DNA of 64,000 nt from the NCBI RefSeq assembly GCF_902459465.1, contig NC_047072.1:9300001-9364000 (forward strand). The letters run 5' to 3'. This document shows positions 24,001 to 37,100 of the stretch, one piece after another. Under the pieces are notes generated by a model. That model saw only the letters and a program-made list of their open reading frames with translations. It was not told the origin of the DNA and ran no database searches. The position numbers and the translations under genes were made by a program. Each line of letters opens with the position of its first letter. The first letter of the stretch is position 1. This stretch comes from Asterias rubens. Taxonomy: Eukaryota.

Positions 24001-27000
24001 AGGTCAAGCCATATACATGTAACTGGTAACCAAGAGCATACACGTACAACTTACATTGTTAGTCTGATCTTCCTACAGCAACAAGGGAAACAGCATGCTA
24101 GAGGGGGCTGTGCAAGGGAGATCGTCGTGGTGGCTAACTTAACAACCATCTCGTCAGGTCCGCCAAAATAGTTGAAAATTAGCATCAGAAAGATATATAG
24201 AGACACTGCCATGTACCTAGAGCAGAAAATCAATGACTATTATAATTGTTTTAATTATTATAAAGACAAATTATAAAGCGCATTTCTAAAAAAAGACGAA
24301 TGTGCTTTAATAATATAAAAAAATAATATAAAAAATGCATGCAAAGTACAAGGAAACATTGAATTAAAAAAAAGAATGCACAAATAAAGCGAAACAAATC
24401 ATTTAAGTTCGAAGTCAACACTACAGGAGCAACGTTACAGAAACGTTTAGTTTAAAAAACCCAAATTAAACTTGTTTTGGCAAAAGTGGGAGGCGTTTAC
24501 ATTATGTCTTGTAACTGGCATTGATACATTGATCCGTTTGCAATATTGATATATATCCTCAAAATGTCACTCTCCTTAACTGGGAATTGCCAAGACCACT
24601 CCCCCATCCCACCCCAATACCAGTCACGAAATCTTTTCTAGAATCAATTAAAGGGAAGGTACACGTTTGGTAATTACTCAAAACAAGTATTAACTTAAAA
24701 ACTGACTTGGTAACAAGCTTGGAGAGCTGTTGAACTTGATAGTATTAAATATTGTAGGAAACGACTCCCTCTGAAGTAACGTAGTTGTTGAGGAAGAGGT
24801 AATTTCTCACTAAAATAATAAAAGACTTCAAGCTAGAAGTCTTTTATTCTTATCTGAAAGCACACAATTTCGTCCAACTAGGGTGTTTTTTCTTTCATCA
24901 TTTTCTTGCAACTTCGATGACCAATTGAGCCCAAATTTTCACAGGCTTGTTATTTTATGGTTATAATGGGATACACCAAGTGAGAAGACTGGTCTTTGAC
25001 AATTACCAAAGGTGTACCTTCCCTTTAAAGATGTGAAATGTAAACAGAACCATATTGCATATAGTGCGCTTCAATGTCATTACTTCAACTTACAAACTGG
25101 CCGCCCATGATCCCAGTATTGCTGCTTTAGGAATGAAGATACTTGCCAGTGATGTCAAGCTGTGCACCTATTCAACAAAATAAGATACAATTATTCCAGG
25201 TATAGACTCTGCTATATTGTTTGTCAGGTTCCCTGAATACTACGTTACACAAATATTGAAAATTCTCATTACAACAAAGGATGCCAGAGTGTTTTTCCTT
25301 CCAGCCTCAGTCTGGGCACATTGATTTGCATGGAAGAGAACACAATTAGATGTCAGCACTGTGATAAATGTCTGTACCATTGGTAGAGCTGCCAAACTCT
25401 CGCAGAATAAAAGTCGGGAAAGAACTCACAGTTTGTATACGTTTGGTACTAACTCTGCAAACTAATGACAATAAAAACCTTGCGTGATAAGAAGTAAACA
25501 GCAGCTTTGTATTATAGCACACTGAATGTTGAGAAACATTTCACTACAAAGTACTGCGGTTTTTGATTTTGTTTTATTCCCCACCATCTTAATGAAGCGT
25601 TACCGCGGTAACCTTCTCAGATAGTGTTTTCCAAAAGCAGATTACTCTTCTGTGTGCATATATAACCGCTCCAGATGTTCGGTAATATCTCAAAAAAGGC
25701 ACCATCCTTTGAAATGAAATTTTCAAAGGTTAGTTTTATGATTTTTATCTACAAGTATTTAGGAGTAAAACAAACAGTGGTGCCAATTATCAAACGTATA
25801 CAGTGGACACTATTGGTAATTGTCAAAGACTAGCACAGTTGGTGTATCTCCACATATGCATAAAATAACAAACCTGTGAAAATTTGAGTTCAATCGGTCA
25901 TCGAAGTTGTGAGATAATAATGGAAGAAAAAGCACCTTGTCACATGAAGTTGTGTGCGTTTAGATCGTTGATTTCGAGACCTCAAGTTCTAAATCTGAGG
26001 TCTCGAAATCAAATTCGTGGAAAATTACTTCTTTCTCAAAAACTATGGCACTTCAGAGGGAGCCGTTTCTCACAATGTTTTATACCATCAACCTCTCCCC
26101 ATTACTGGTCACCAAGAAAGGTTTTATGCTAATAATTATTTTGAGTAATTACCAATAGTGTCCACTGCCTTTAAACATCGGTGAAGGGTGAGAACAAATT
26201 ATACGAAGTATCAAGTACTGTTGAAGATTTTGTGACTTCATTTCAACACAAGTGTTCTCAAGTTGGACTTGTTTCACACAGAACTCATTGAGTATATACA
26301 TCGATGTTAGGGTAAAGAAAATGATATTCTTTATCCCTAAAGTAAAACTAACATATAATAAAGGCACTGGACACCTTTGGTAATTGTCAAAAAAACACAT
26401 TATTCTCACTTGGTGTATCTCAACATATGCATAAAGTAGCAAACCTGTGAAGATTTGGACTCAATTGGTCGTCGGAAGTTGCGAGAGAATAATGGAAGGA
26501 AAAACACCCTTGTCGCACAAGTTGTGTGCTTTCAGATGCCTTGAATTTGCCAAGGGTTAGTGTACGATTAGCCACTTTAACCATCCCCTGTACACAACGC
26601 TACACTTGCAGCATTTTATACTAGAGCTTTCTAGCGGGGTTGCCGCGCGAAGCGGCATCCCGCTAGTATGCATAAAGTAGCAAACCTGTGAAGTTTTTGA
26701 CTCAATTGGTCGTCGAAGTTGCGAGAGAATAATGGAAGGAAAAACAAACACCCTTGTCGCACAAGTTGTGTGCTTTCAGTTGCCTTGAATTCGACACCTC
26801 AGCTGAGGTCTCTTATTTAATTCAAATATTTTAGTGCGAAATCACTCCTTTCTCAAAAACTACATTACTTCAGAGGTAGCCAGTTCTCACAATGTTTTAT
26901 ACTATATCAACAGCTCCTCATTACTCGTTACCAAGTAAGTTTTTATGCTAACGATTATTTTTGAGTAGTTACCAATAGTGTCCAGTGCCTTTAAGTAATG

Positions 27001-29088
27001 TTTTGCTGACTTACCGGAACTAGTCCTAAGATGAAGATGGTATAGCCTCTCCGTTCACCATAGCGCATGGTTTTCATAATGCTAAGTGCCGTCTCAACGT
27101 ACATGAGGCAGCTTAGGATACTAACGATGACCATCGTAATCATTAAAGCTTGTGACCATGGCTGGGACATGTACACTGCGATGAAAAATTCAATAAAAGT
27201 TCACAATCAGAAATGGAATTAATAAAAAACAATCTCGTGAACCAAGTGGGTGCACCCCACTAATAGGAAAAAACGGAGCGTCTGCACGTTAATAATTTGT
27301 AGGCCCTCATCAAAAGATTATATTATTATAGACAAGAAAAGGGATACAGTGAGCCTGGGGGTGTTGACTTCCAACTTGAGGTATTTCGTATGATATTGGC
27401 CCTGAATTAAATGGTCCTTTTGCCAAGAGGCAGGGACAATTTTCAAGATTGATGCTCGGATGTTTTGGAAAACCACAACGGTGCTGTAGGGACTGTTGAG
27501 CGGTTTTTATGTTGAGGGGGAATAACTCGACAGGCCCAGGGACTCCCCATATCAAATTAAGCAGATGATACAAGTTCAAGTGTCAAAGAAAATGTTCTCT
27601 TTACTGTCATAAGCTGTGAAACCTTTAAGTATTTTTCTTGTATGTTTTATTATTTTAGCATTTTGCAACGTATGCTACGATGTCAGTTTATTGCACACAC
27701 CGCACATGCCGCATGTGCTGTGTTGATTCATTTGTTTGCAGATTTGATTATCAGGAGGTCCTTCTTATGTCAATTTGTTTTTGTTTAACCCAAACTTATA
27801 TAACATTTACGAATTTTAATGAATGGTTTTCGTCTGTAAATCGGCAGTGGAATCAATTACCCCCAGGACCGCGGCATTCTACGGGATACCCCTCCCCCTT
27901 TAACATAGACTTTTGCGTAGACTAGACGGTGGGGGGGGGGGGAGGAAGCTTGAGTTAGAACCCAACTCCATAACTTAGTGGCCACGAGAATAGAATCAAA
28001 CAGGTGTTAATATGTTAATAACAATTCCAGGGGGTAGAAGAAGAAACTCAGTTTGAACTTGGCCTCTAACAGCTGGTTCTTTGACCGAACGGGTTCTAAA
28101 TCAAACATTGTCTGATCTTACAATATTTGTCAACACGTACATAGCTTTCAAGACTGTTGACCCGCACGCTGAACTCGTGGGCGAGAACAATTTGAAGTAC
28201 AATTGTGGAGTGACTTATTCTTGAGTGTTATTTGTTTTGACGTTGGACAACCAGGGTAGTAGACAATACTATTTAGAAGAACTTGAACTGAGCACAGCAT
28301 GTAATTTTAAAGGAATGTTCCTCTAGTTTCCAATACCTGTCCATAATTAATAATGGGTGATTTTGTGAGACGCCCCGTCGGGTGTGATAAAACGTTTACT
28401 TGAACTGCGTATTGCTATCAGACCTGGAATTTTACCTTTAGAGGGCAAGGCCATTTTTTTGTTTTGCCAAGGACACTTTCAGTGGACATAGATATCAGAG
28501 AGATTTTGAAGAAGCTCAAGGTCAAGACCATTGTTACAAGTTTGAGAAATGTTCAATATGAATTTGAAATCAACATCTCAACCGTCTGAAGTTGGCCAAG
28601 TTAGTAAGCACGGGGCTGACGTTTTCAAGCAAACATATATGCAACACGTTTGCATTATTATTATAACAGGTTGTCATACTTTAAAAAAAATACAATATTT
28701 ACGGATGAATAGCTTTACAGGAAAAGTTGTAATTGTTGGTAAACTTTCGGGTAGGCCTACAACCATGTGTAAAATCTCTTTTGGAGGAGTGTTGGCGGAC
28801 ATCGTGTTGGCTCTAAGAGAAGAGCCAGGTGTCAGAGCCGGTGCGGTGTGGTCACGACGATTCGAACAGTGAACACTATAATACTCGTATTCTGAGAACA
28901 AAAACAAATCTTTTTAGTCCCTTCACTTGTTCCAAAAGTTAATTGATATAGGGTTTTACCTCAATGAATGATTCATATGGATTCGGCATTTACTATGACT
29001 TACGTAAAACCATCTCCTTTGAGCTGGGAATCCCCTGAGAGCAGTTGACAGCATCTTGCACCTCCTCATAACCTGTTCCATTTTCCAT
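21085..29088 (-). CDS. SLC51A: Organic solute transporter alpha-like (OSTalpha/SLC51A family)
   Basis: 7 exons: 29088-29004, 27175-27015, 25167-25094, 24216-24055, 23564-23453, 22437-22179, 21392-21085. Total 1161 nt = 386 aa + stop, phases consistent. N-terminus MENGTGYEEVQDAVNCSQGIPSSKEMVL, IFIPKAA, Cys cluster PPLACCFPCCC, WADGLYNP, LKFSLLK, NYLIIVEVF match recalled OSTalpha motifs. Confidence 0.88.
21424..21797 (-). mobile_element. TTAA-flanked MITE, family B
   Basis: Reverse-orientation copy of 18628-18965. Confidence 0.85.
23150..23400 (-). mobile_element. L2/CR1-type LINE 3' fragment
   Basis: The minus frame reads YGDRTFSNISPRLWNSLP...FQHSLKTHLF, the typical C-terminus of L2/CR1 ORF2, followed by a short 3' UTR and a (TAT)n tail. 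Confidence 0.75.
24648..25029 (-). mobile_element. TTAA-flanked MITE, family A variant (AGGGAAGGTACAC TIR)
   Basis: TTAA|AGGGAAGGTACAC...GTGTACCTTCCCT|TTAA with family A internal sequence. Confidence 0.8.
25801..26174 (+). mobile_element. TTAA-flanked MITE, family A
   Basis: CAGTGGACACTATTGGTAATT...GTGTCCACTGCCTTTAA; a degenerate reverse copy abuts it at about 25480-25800. Confidence 0.85.
26359..26994 (+). mobile_element. Composite family A MITE with internal duplication and foreign hairpin insert
   Basis: Segment 26426-26547 is repeated at 26667-26791, flanking an unrelated insert at 26548-26666. Confidence 0.8.
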
Positions 29089-30701
29089 ATTTTACTTCCT
29101 CTACTGGTCCGTTTGGAGCCGAGCTACAAAAGGAATTAACTTCAAATACCTCGGTCTGCGGGGCTCTCGCCCGGCTGCAGTGGGGGCCCGGCACGGGGCC
29201 CCGACTTGGTGGAAAGACGGTGTCCTGGGAGCACGGCAAAGAGCAGAGTCGGAGGCACTCGTGGGAGAGGTGGCTCGATACTGTCGGGGAACTGATAACT
29301 CCAAATCGAACAGTTGACTATAGCCTACTTATCGTTGTGTCAAGGTCCAATCGGGTTGGCTCATCAGTGCATGGATGTGGACATTTTAACTTTACGGTGC
29401 ACCCTTGTTCTATGGTCCCAACCATAGAGTAAGGAACTAACCGACCTTGATGAGCATGTGTTCCTTCTCTATTTACCTTCTAGTACCATAGATGTGTACT
29501 TTAAGCAGTGTACAGTACTTTGGTATAAACTGCAGGCGAGGCTAAGAAAAACAGTATTAAAGCTGAAAGCAAATGCCATATACGTTTGGGCCTTTTGCCA
29601 GGCCGTAGGGTGGGCTTTGTCCGCAATACAAAAGACACTATAATTCGCCACCAATTGTGTTCTCTACTACAATGCTTAAGGGTAGGCGTGCAACAATCGG
29701 TGCCCACTTCAATTGTTGAAAGACTTCTTAAGATGCCGATGTACCTTTTGGTTGTCGTGAGGTAGATCTCCGTGTGCTTTCAAGTTAATGTCAGTCTCTA
29801 CTCAACTTTGTGGCATCAGCGTTACGAGAGCGGTTTTAATGTAAGGTGCTCTTTGAACTGCACGGTAACAAACCTTTGGTGTTGATGGCCTTTGGTATGT
29901 GTATGGCTTTTCAAGGTCTCTTATCCCATCCAGCTCCAGCGCTCGCCTCTAGAATAGAACCTCAATAATATTATTTACTCATTGACCTAAAAACATTTCG
30001 TGTGCTGTTTGTTATCGGCTGTTCACATCCATGAGCTCTGGATCACCATCAGCAGCTGTCTATGCGTATAATGAATCAATAATACACGCCTATAGCGTGT
30101 TGAAAATGACAGGGGTCAATGTTTAATCTTGTTGTCAGCTGAGTACAGTAGTTTCATTTTGTAGTTATGCGGATTACACGTGTACGGAGTTTGTCACACG
30201 GAAATAATACACCGTGTGTTTAATATTATTGTCACAATATTATTGTGCAGGCTTTTCTGGAATATTCTAAGAATGAGGTGACATGCATACACGTTTTTAC
30301 ATTTGATTGATTCTGCATTTTTTTTTTGTAGTGGTCCTTTGTAATTGTGAGGGTTGAAACATTATATAGTGTGTGACTCATAAAAATAAAATAAAAAAAA
30401 TGTGTATACCCGATGACCTGTATTGATTGATTTATTTTCATGACGCTGTTCCCTATAGTGCTATAAAACTCGAGGGTTTCTAAACGACTTAAAGGGACGT
30501 ATTGGTTGTTTTTTGTGTACAATAAACTCATATAAAAATGATTGCAAATTAAAACGCAATGTGTTTCCTGAAAAACAAGCAAATTGGTGACTATGCATTT
30601 ATGAATGTTGTATTTATTAGAAAATTTGGGTATCGGTTTTTTTCTCAGCAGGCAGACGACGGAGTCATCCGTGTTTCCTTTGTTGACCTTTGAAGTCCCT
30701 G

Positions 30702-30898
30702 TGGGTGCGTTCGTTTAGCTTCCCTGGGTCGACCCCGGTGTGTGGCGGTTTTTTTCCAGGACGATACACACGTTCGTCCTGTTAAAAAACCGCCACACAC
30801 CGGGGTCGACCCAGGGAAGCTAACGATACCCACGTTCGCCCTGGAAAAAAACCGCCACACACCGGGGTCGACCCAGGGAAGCTAAACGAACGCACCCA
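30702..30898. mobile_element. Foldback MITE with three arms (TGGGTGCGTTCG termini)
   Basis: The arm agcttccctgggtcgaccccggtgtgtggcggttttt occurs once forward and twice in reverse. Confidence 0.75.
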
Positions 30899-31256
30899 TT
30901 GCCAAGGCAGCTCTTTGACCTTATATTTTCCCAAGAGTGCCAAGAAGCGGAAACATTGCAGCGTTCGGTTAAGCCTAATTTCACGTGACAATCGAACGCA
31001 CATGTGAATGGGGGGGGGGGGGGGCAGTCGGAAGCAATTTAACCTGTAAAATGCCATTTAGCCAGGGATCACACCCAAAGTTTAGGATAGGGCCTGCTGG
31101 GAAGCAACTGATGGATCCCTATTTATAGGGCGCATCTTTTTATTTCAAAAATTAATATTAATTGTTTCCCCTGTGGTTTATATTATAACTTTACACAAAA
31201 CATTAAAAAGCGTTCGATTCGAACGCTTTTTGTTTTAAAACCAAAAGTAGTATACT

Positions 31257-31628
31257 TTAAAGGCACTTGGCACCTTTGGTAATAATTGTCAAAGAACAGT
31301 CTTCTCACTTGGTGTATCCATGGAAACAAACCTGTGAAAATGTTAACTCAATTGGTCGTCGAAGTTGCGAGAGAATAGTGGTACAAAAACACCCGTGTCG
31401 CACAAGTGTGTTTTCAGATGCCTTGAATTTGAGACCTCAGCTAAGGTCTCTCATTCAATTCAAATGTTTTAGTGAGAAAATACTTCTTCTTCAAAAACTG
31501 TGTTACTTCAGAGGGAGCCGTTTCTCACAATGCTTTATACTATCAAAAGCTCTCCATTACTCGTTACCAAGGAATGTTCTTATGCTAACAGTTATTTTGA
31601 GTAATTACCAATAGTGTCCATCAGTGCC
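31257..31628 (+). mobile_element. TTAA-flanked MITE, family A (diverged)
   Basis: TTAA|AGGCAC...; family A internal motifs; ends in aattaccaatagtgtcca. Confidence 0.75.
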
Positions 31629-31833
31629 ATACCCACAGCATTATTCATATCAACTTATGTTTACATATTACTTTAGGTACTTCCGCATTTCCCACATAGG
31701 CTACTTGTGTAAACAGTTTCGTCACAAAAACAAGATTAAAATCGCCATAACTCGCTAATCCCGATACATCAATTATTTCATAATCAATTGACGTATTTAG
31801 CAACGGTGAGGGGGAAGGGCGGGGCGCGTTCAT

Positions 31834-32087
31834 CGGGGCCCAATTTCATGGCGCTGCTTACCGCCGAATTCTGTGCTTACTATCGCGATTCCCCGCTTAC
31901 GTGCAAGCGCCGAATTTCTGCGCTAGCCTAGTAAGCGTAGAATGCCTAGTAACGTGAAGCACACACGCGCAGAAGCCCAAATTCGCCGCTAACCCGTGAA
32001 ATACGCCTGCCGTAAGCACAGAATTCCCTGCTTCCGTAAGCGCAGATTCTGTGCTTACGGTAAGCAGAGCCATGAAATTGGGCCCTG
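31834..32087. mobile_element. MITE with GGCCCAATTTCATG TIR
   Basis: ggcccaatttcatggc / gccatgaaattgggcc; related partial copy at about 17411-17595. Confidence 0.75.
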
Positions 32088-32528
32088 ATAATGAGGTCCG
32101 CGTTTGAACCATTTCGAAACGTCGGATCAGATTATGGCAATTTCATATTCATAATGATCAAAACGTCATTGAATGAAATAATAATATGATAATAAATTTC
32201 AAAATCCCAATCAGCAAATTAATGTTTTGCCTCGATTTTTTTTCCCACAGAGCTCCGGAAAATACTGAGTGATTAGTGCTTATTACACACATAGGTGTAT
32301 AAATGGGTAAAACCAAAATTAATTTCTTTACCCCGATGCAAATTTAATATTATTTTAAATACTTCGAATTACACAAAATAATAAACCCTATTAAACATTT
32401 TAATTGCAAATGCTAGAGGGCTAGAGTTTTAGTCAGGACTCGGGTTATAATAAACATCAATAGGCATACATAAGTTCATCTGGAAATAATTAGTTAACTG
32501 AATAAAATAACATTAAACTGCCAACCCC

Positions 32529-32880
32529 TAAGACAGTGGACACTATTGGTAATTTTCAAAGACCAGTCTTCTCACTAGGTGTGTCTCAACATATGCATAA
32601 AATACCAAACCTGTGAAAATTTGAGCTCAATCGGTCGTCGAAGTTGCGAGATACCTATGAAAAAAACAAAAAACCCTTGTCAGACCTTAAATTCTAAATC
32701 TGAGGTCTCGAAATCAAATTCGTGGAAAATTACTTCTTTCTCGAAAACTACGTCACTTCAGAGGGAGCTGTTTCTCACAATGTTTTGTATTATCAACCTC
32801 TCCCCATTACTCGTAATCAAGAAAGGTTTTATGATAGTAATTAGTTTTGAGTAATTGCCAATAGTGTCCACTGCCTTTAA
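32529..32880 (+). mobile_element. TTAA-flanked MITE, family A
   Basis: Both TIRs and the right TTAA are present. Confidence 0.85.
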
Positions 32881-34191
32881 AGGAACATGCAAGAAGGCAT
32901 GTGTCATTGGAAAATCTGTCCTATGACTATGAGTTGGCTGGAGGAAGCGAACTCAACAGAGGGCGCTATACTATTACTAGACGAAGTTTTAACACAGTTT
33001 GTCGTATTGATTTGGGGTGGGGCGCAGGCTTCTTTCACGTCTATCTTGTTAATAAAATTAACAGACAATGGTCGTAGATTCGGAATGCATGATCCTAAAG
33101 TGGAAACCTTGTTTACCAAACTCCGTATACCAATGTTATAGTATAGTATCACCCCGTAAGATTATATCTCTTGTGCAAACTCGGTGCTAAAGGTCGAAGC
33201 TGATCTTCTTTAGACAATGTGGTAGAACAACGTAATTACACCATGTCTGCTTCACAACTGAGGATCGAAACATGGCCCTGGTGAAGTTTACTTAGATAGC
33301 TAGCCTGTACCTTAGCCGTTTCCTAGTAAACGGGCAGTCTCAGATAGGGTTTGTTACACACCGGATTGTTTTCCAGGCTACATTTTATTGTTGTTTTTAA
33401 CATCGGTCGTGTTTTCACAATTACATGTTTTGAAGTATCTTGGAGGGGCTGTGAAGATGTGTTGACGTTTTGTGTGATTCCCTGCCAGATTTCGTGGGAA
33501 CATTTCGTGAAGCAATTGGAAATTCCATGGGAATTTGATTCATACATGTTGTTGTTTTGGCTAAACCATCTAGTACAGAACTTGCTCCTACATGTGAGTT
33601 GCAACAATGATGTATTTAATGCTCAAAGAGATGATTAAGGGCGAGTTTGTGCACTATTGAAGCATCTGGTCCTTGCTCTACGGTTGAAGTGGTCGTATTT
33701 GATGTTAATGTGTACATAAGAAGCATCGCACATCGTTTCATCTTGCATAAATTATCACAGATGACACGCTTGCAACTATAATATGAGCAAATGAGGACTC
33801 AATGCAGACTGTTTTCTGGACACTATTTCCAACAACTGAACTGGACTTCTGGAGGTCTGACAACAGACCATAAGGTGTCCCATGAACACACGGTGGAGAA
33901 CTAATTACAAAGAGATCGCCATAGAGGTACAACAGCTTGGTGAAGAAACCTTTACAAAGAAAACGACCAAATGAATAAATGAGCGGACATTTTGAGTCGG
34001 TGGTTCTCCTCCTGAATGTGTGGATTGATGTTGAACCCCTCTAAGGCCTGAGGTAGAGAAGACATTTAATTTCAAGTCTAGGATGTGTGCGATTTATAAA
34101 AACACTGCATTATTGAGAACCGGTAGAAACATCTTCAAAAATAAATTCTGGTTTCTTTTTGAGCTGTTGTCGATAATTATTCATTGAAGCC

Positions 34192-37100
34192 ATGGCGTCA
34201 GCTTCAATTTTCATCTTATTGATGTATGTCTTCATCCATCCCGGACACTCAATCCATTCGTTTACCGCTGCCACGGCAACTGGTAACTCATCTACCACGC
34301 CCTCCGACGTGTACTTCAAAGATGGCGACATCATCCTCGGCGGTTTCTTCCCTCTCCACACCTACGACGAGTTCTCGCGAGAATGTAAGGCAATTCGCGA
34401 GAGTAAAGCCCTCAAGCTGGTCGAGGCCATGGTCTATGCAGTGAGCTACGTCAATAATAACACATCCTTGCTCCCAGGCCTGCGTCTTGGGTTCGAGATA
34501 TACGACTCGTGCTACAGCGACATATGGACGCTGAAGAAAGGTCTGAACTTCATACCCCCGGAAATGAGACGAGCTTGCTGGGAGAAGAATGTGACTTCGG
34601 GGAGCAGGGGTTATGGTATTAGTTGTCTGCATGGTAAGAGGGTTGCGGGTGTCGTTGGATCACAGAAGAGTGCGAGTAGCTCGGAGCTGACCATACTCCT
34701 TGGATTGTATCAGATACCACAGGTGGGTAAAAACAACTTACTACATGTACCTTTCACAAGGGAAAGTATACCGTTTTTTGTTCTCAAACCACTTGACTGT
34801 TTTAATCATGTTTGTAATAAGCCCATACATTAAAACTAACTTACACCAGATTCATTTTAAAGTGTTTTGCATGCAACTTCGAATTTCGTTGGATAGGGCC
34901 TACAGTGTTAACTTTTCCTGCTTAAAAACTGACTGGATTATTAACATAATCGGTCATTCCACGTCAGGCCAACACATTTTTTGTTTCAGTTGGTGTTCAT
35001 TCATTGCTAGTAAGGACCTACAAGCAAAGCAATGTTAATCAAAATCGGAAGACATGAGGTAAAATGTGCGTTGGTCTGACCCAAATACTGTTGATTTCTT
35101 TTAATGTTTTGGAACATTGTTTAAAAAAAATTCAACCATTTTAAACAAACAATAATAATTGATGTGTGAAACGCAAACGTTTACTGTCAGAAACGTTTCT
35201 CAGATAGTGTGTTTTTAGCACGGATATTATTATTCCTGCCTGGATTAAACCGCTCTCAAAAGCTACCACCTTTTTAAATTTTCACAGGTTTAGTTTTATG
35301 TTTTTTAGGCCATAGGATTAAACCAATTAAACGGTTTTAAAAACCAAAGGCATACTTTCCCTCTACAACCCACAGTTATCACCCTTATTCGATAAGAGAC
35401 GACTGGAAAACATTAAAGCTAAACAGTACTTTTTAACTTCTGGCAAAGCATTTTTTTAACATCGAAAAGTCTGCTAATGTGAAAAGTGGTTGATCTGTAC
35501 AAGTTTGATTACGAATAAGTTTGGAGTTAAATTATAAGCCAATATTCACCAATTGAGAGCGATATTGCAGTGGAAAGGTACAGACGGCAGGGAGGAGGAA
35601 TGCAAATTATACTTACATTAATCAAATCAGATTTAATAACTCTATTATTAGTTCGATAGCTTTGCAAAATATTAAGGGTGTTCAAACGTAATAATTATAT
35701 TAATTTAGAACTCAATGTCATTAGGCCTACATTTCTGTACTGTTCTTTACCCCCCAACATTGTTTACTTCACTCACATGCTGTCGAAATAAGATTCAAAC
35801 TGTACTTCTTATTGTTGCTTTTCCGTATTCCTTGTAGGTGAGCTACTTATCGACAATTGACAGCCTCAGTAAAGTTGCTTACCCGTACTTCTTTCGTGTC
35901 GTGCCGTCTGACCGTCACCAGGTGAATGCCATAATGGACATTGTGCAGTACTATGGGTGGACCTACGTATCGTTGCTCTTCTCTGACGATGAGTACGGGG
36001 AGAATGGTTATTATGAATTCTCCAAACAGGTCACCGCCAATGACAACGTCTGCCTCGCCTACACTAAGGAGATATCTACAAGTTTCTCAGAAGAGTAAGG
36101 CCTGCATTTGTCATTAAAAAGCATAATTCATGTTGGAAGTCCTAAACTTTTACTGTATTTTCGTTATATACATTTTTTCTTTTGCGCCCATCAAAGTGCT
36201 TGACAACAAACATTATTACCCCTGGTAGAATATTCCTTAAACTTTCTCAATTCCTTTTGGAGTACACAGCTTCAGCTGATGGTAGTTCTTAGGGATAAAT
36301 CCGACTATCGGTACTTCTAATTGCAGACTCCTATTTGTACACCTGGGCGAAGAGAAGTTATTATGGTTATGTTCCTTGCCTGTGTCGTAACCGGGAATCG
36401 AACCCACACACTGCAATGATTTAGCCACCAGAACTTGAGTCGGATCTCGTATTCGCTTCTCCACGACGTGCCCAAAATGGCTGACTTTATTGCAACCTGT
36501 TGGGCGTATAGGCCTATGTCAATAGATCACATCGTATGTTAACTTTTTGAGACTTAAAGGAACACGTTGACTTGGATCGGTCGAGTTGGTCTTTGAAACG
36601 CGTCTGTAACCGTTTGTTATAACATGCATAATGGTTAGAAAGATGTTTAAAAAGTAGAATACAATGATCCGCACACATTTGCCTCGAAACTGCGTGGTTT
36701 TCCTTTTAATTTGCGAACTAACACGGCCGGCCATTTACGGGAGTCAAAAATTTGATTCCCATATTTAATGGCCGACCATGTTTGTCGACGAGGTAAAAGG
36801 AAAACCACGCAATATCGAGTGCTACTTGTGTGGATCATTAGATTCTACTTTTAAAATATCTTTCTAATCATATGCATTTTAAAACAAACGGTTACAAACG
36901 CTTTTCAAAGACCAACTCGACCGTTCCAAGGCAACGTGTTCCTTTAACCTAACTCCCTTAAACTGTTTTATTCACAGATATTACGACGAAATTGTCGCAA
37001 ACCTTCGGACTGATCCATACAACCGTGCTGTGGCTGTAGTCCTTTTTGCCCACCTGGAAGAGGCCGTCATGCTGCTGGGTGCGGTGGAGAGAAACAAGGC

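Noticed and set aside
27330-27400. GTATCCCT minus-strand site resembling a U12 donor and a possible extra OSTalpha exon
   Set aside because: One mismatch to GTATCCTT, no U12 branch site before the 27175 acceptor, and exon 29088-29004 already supplies the correct phase.
28674-28907. Minus ORF considered as the first OSTalpha exon
   Set aside because: No donor in the required phase from an ATG-containing frame; the 29088-29004 exon fits much better.
34110-34632. Antisense and alternate-frame ORFs over the GPCR, BHMT and aminopeptidase exons (also 37725-38159, 40350-40625, 60459-61149)
   Set aside because: Shadows of GC-rich, codon-biased coding exons.
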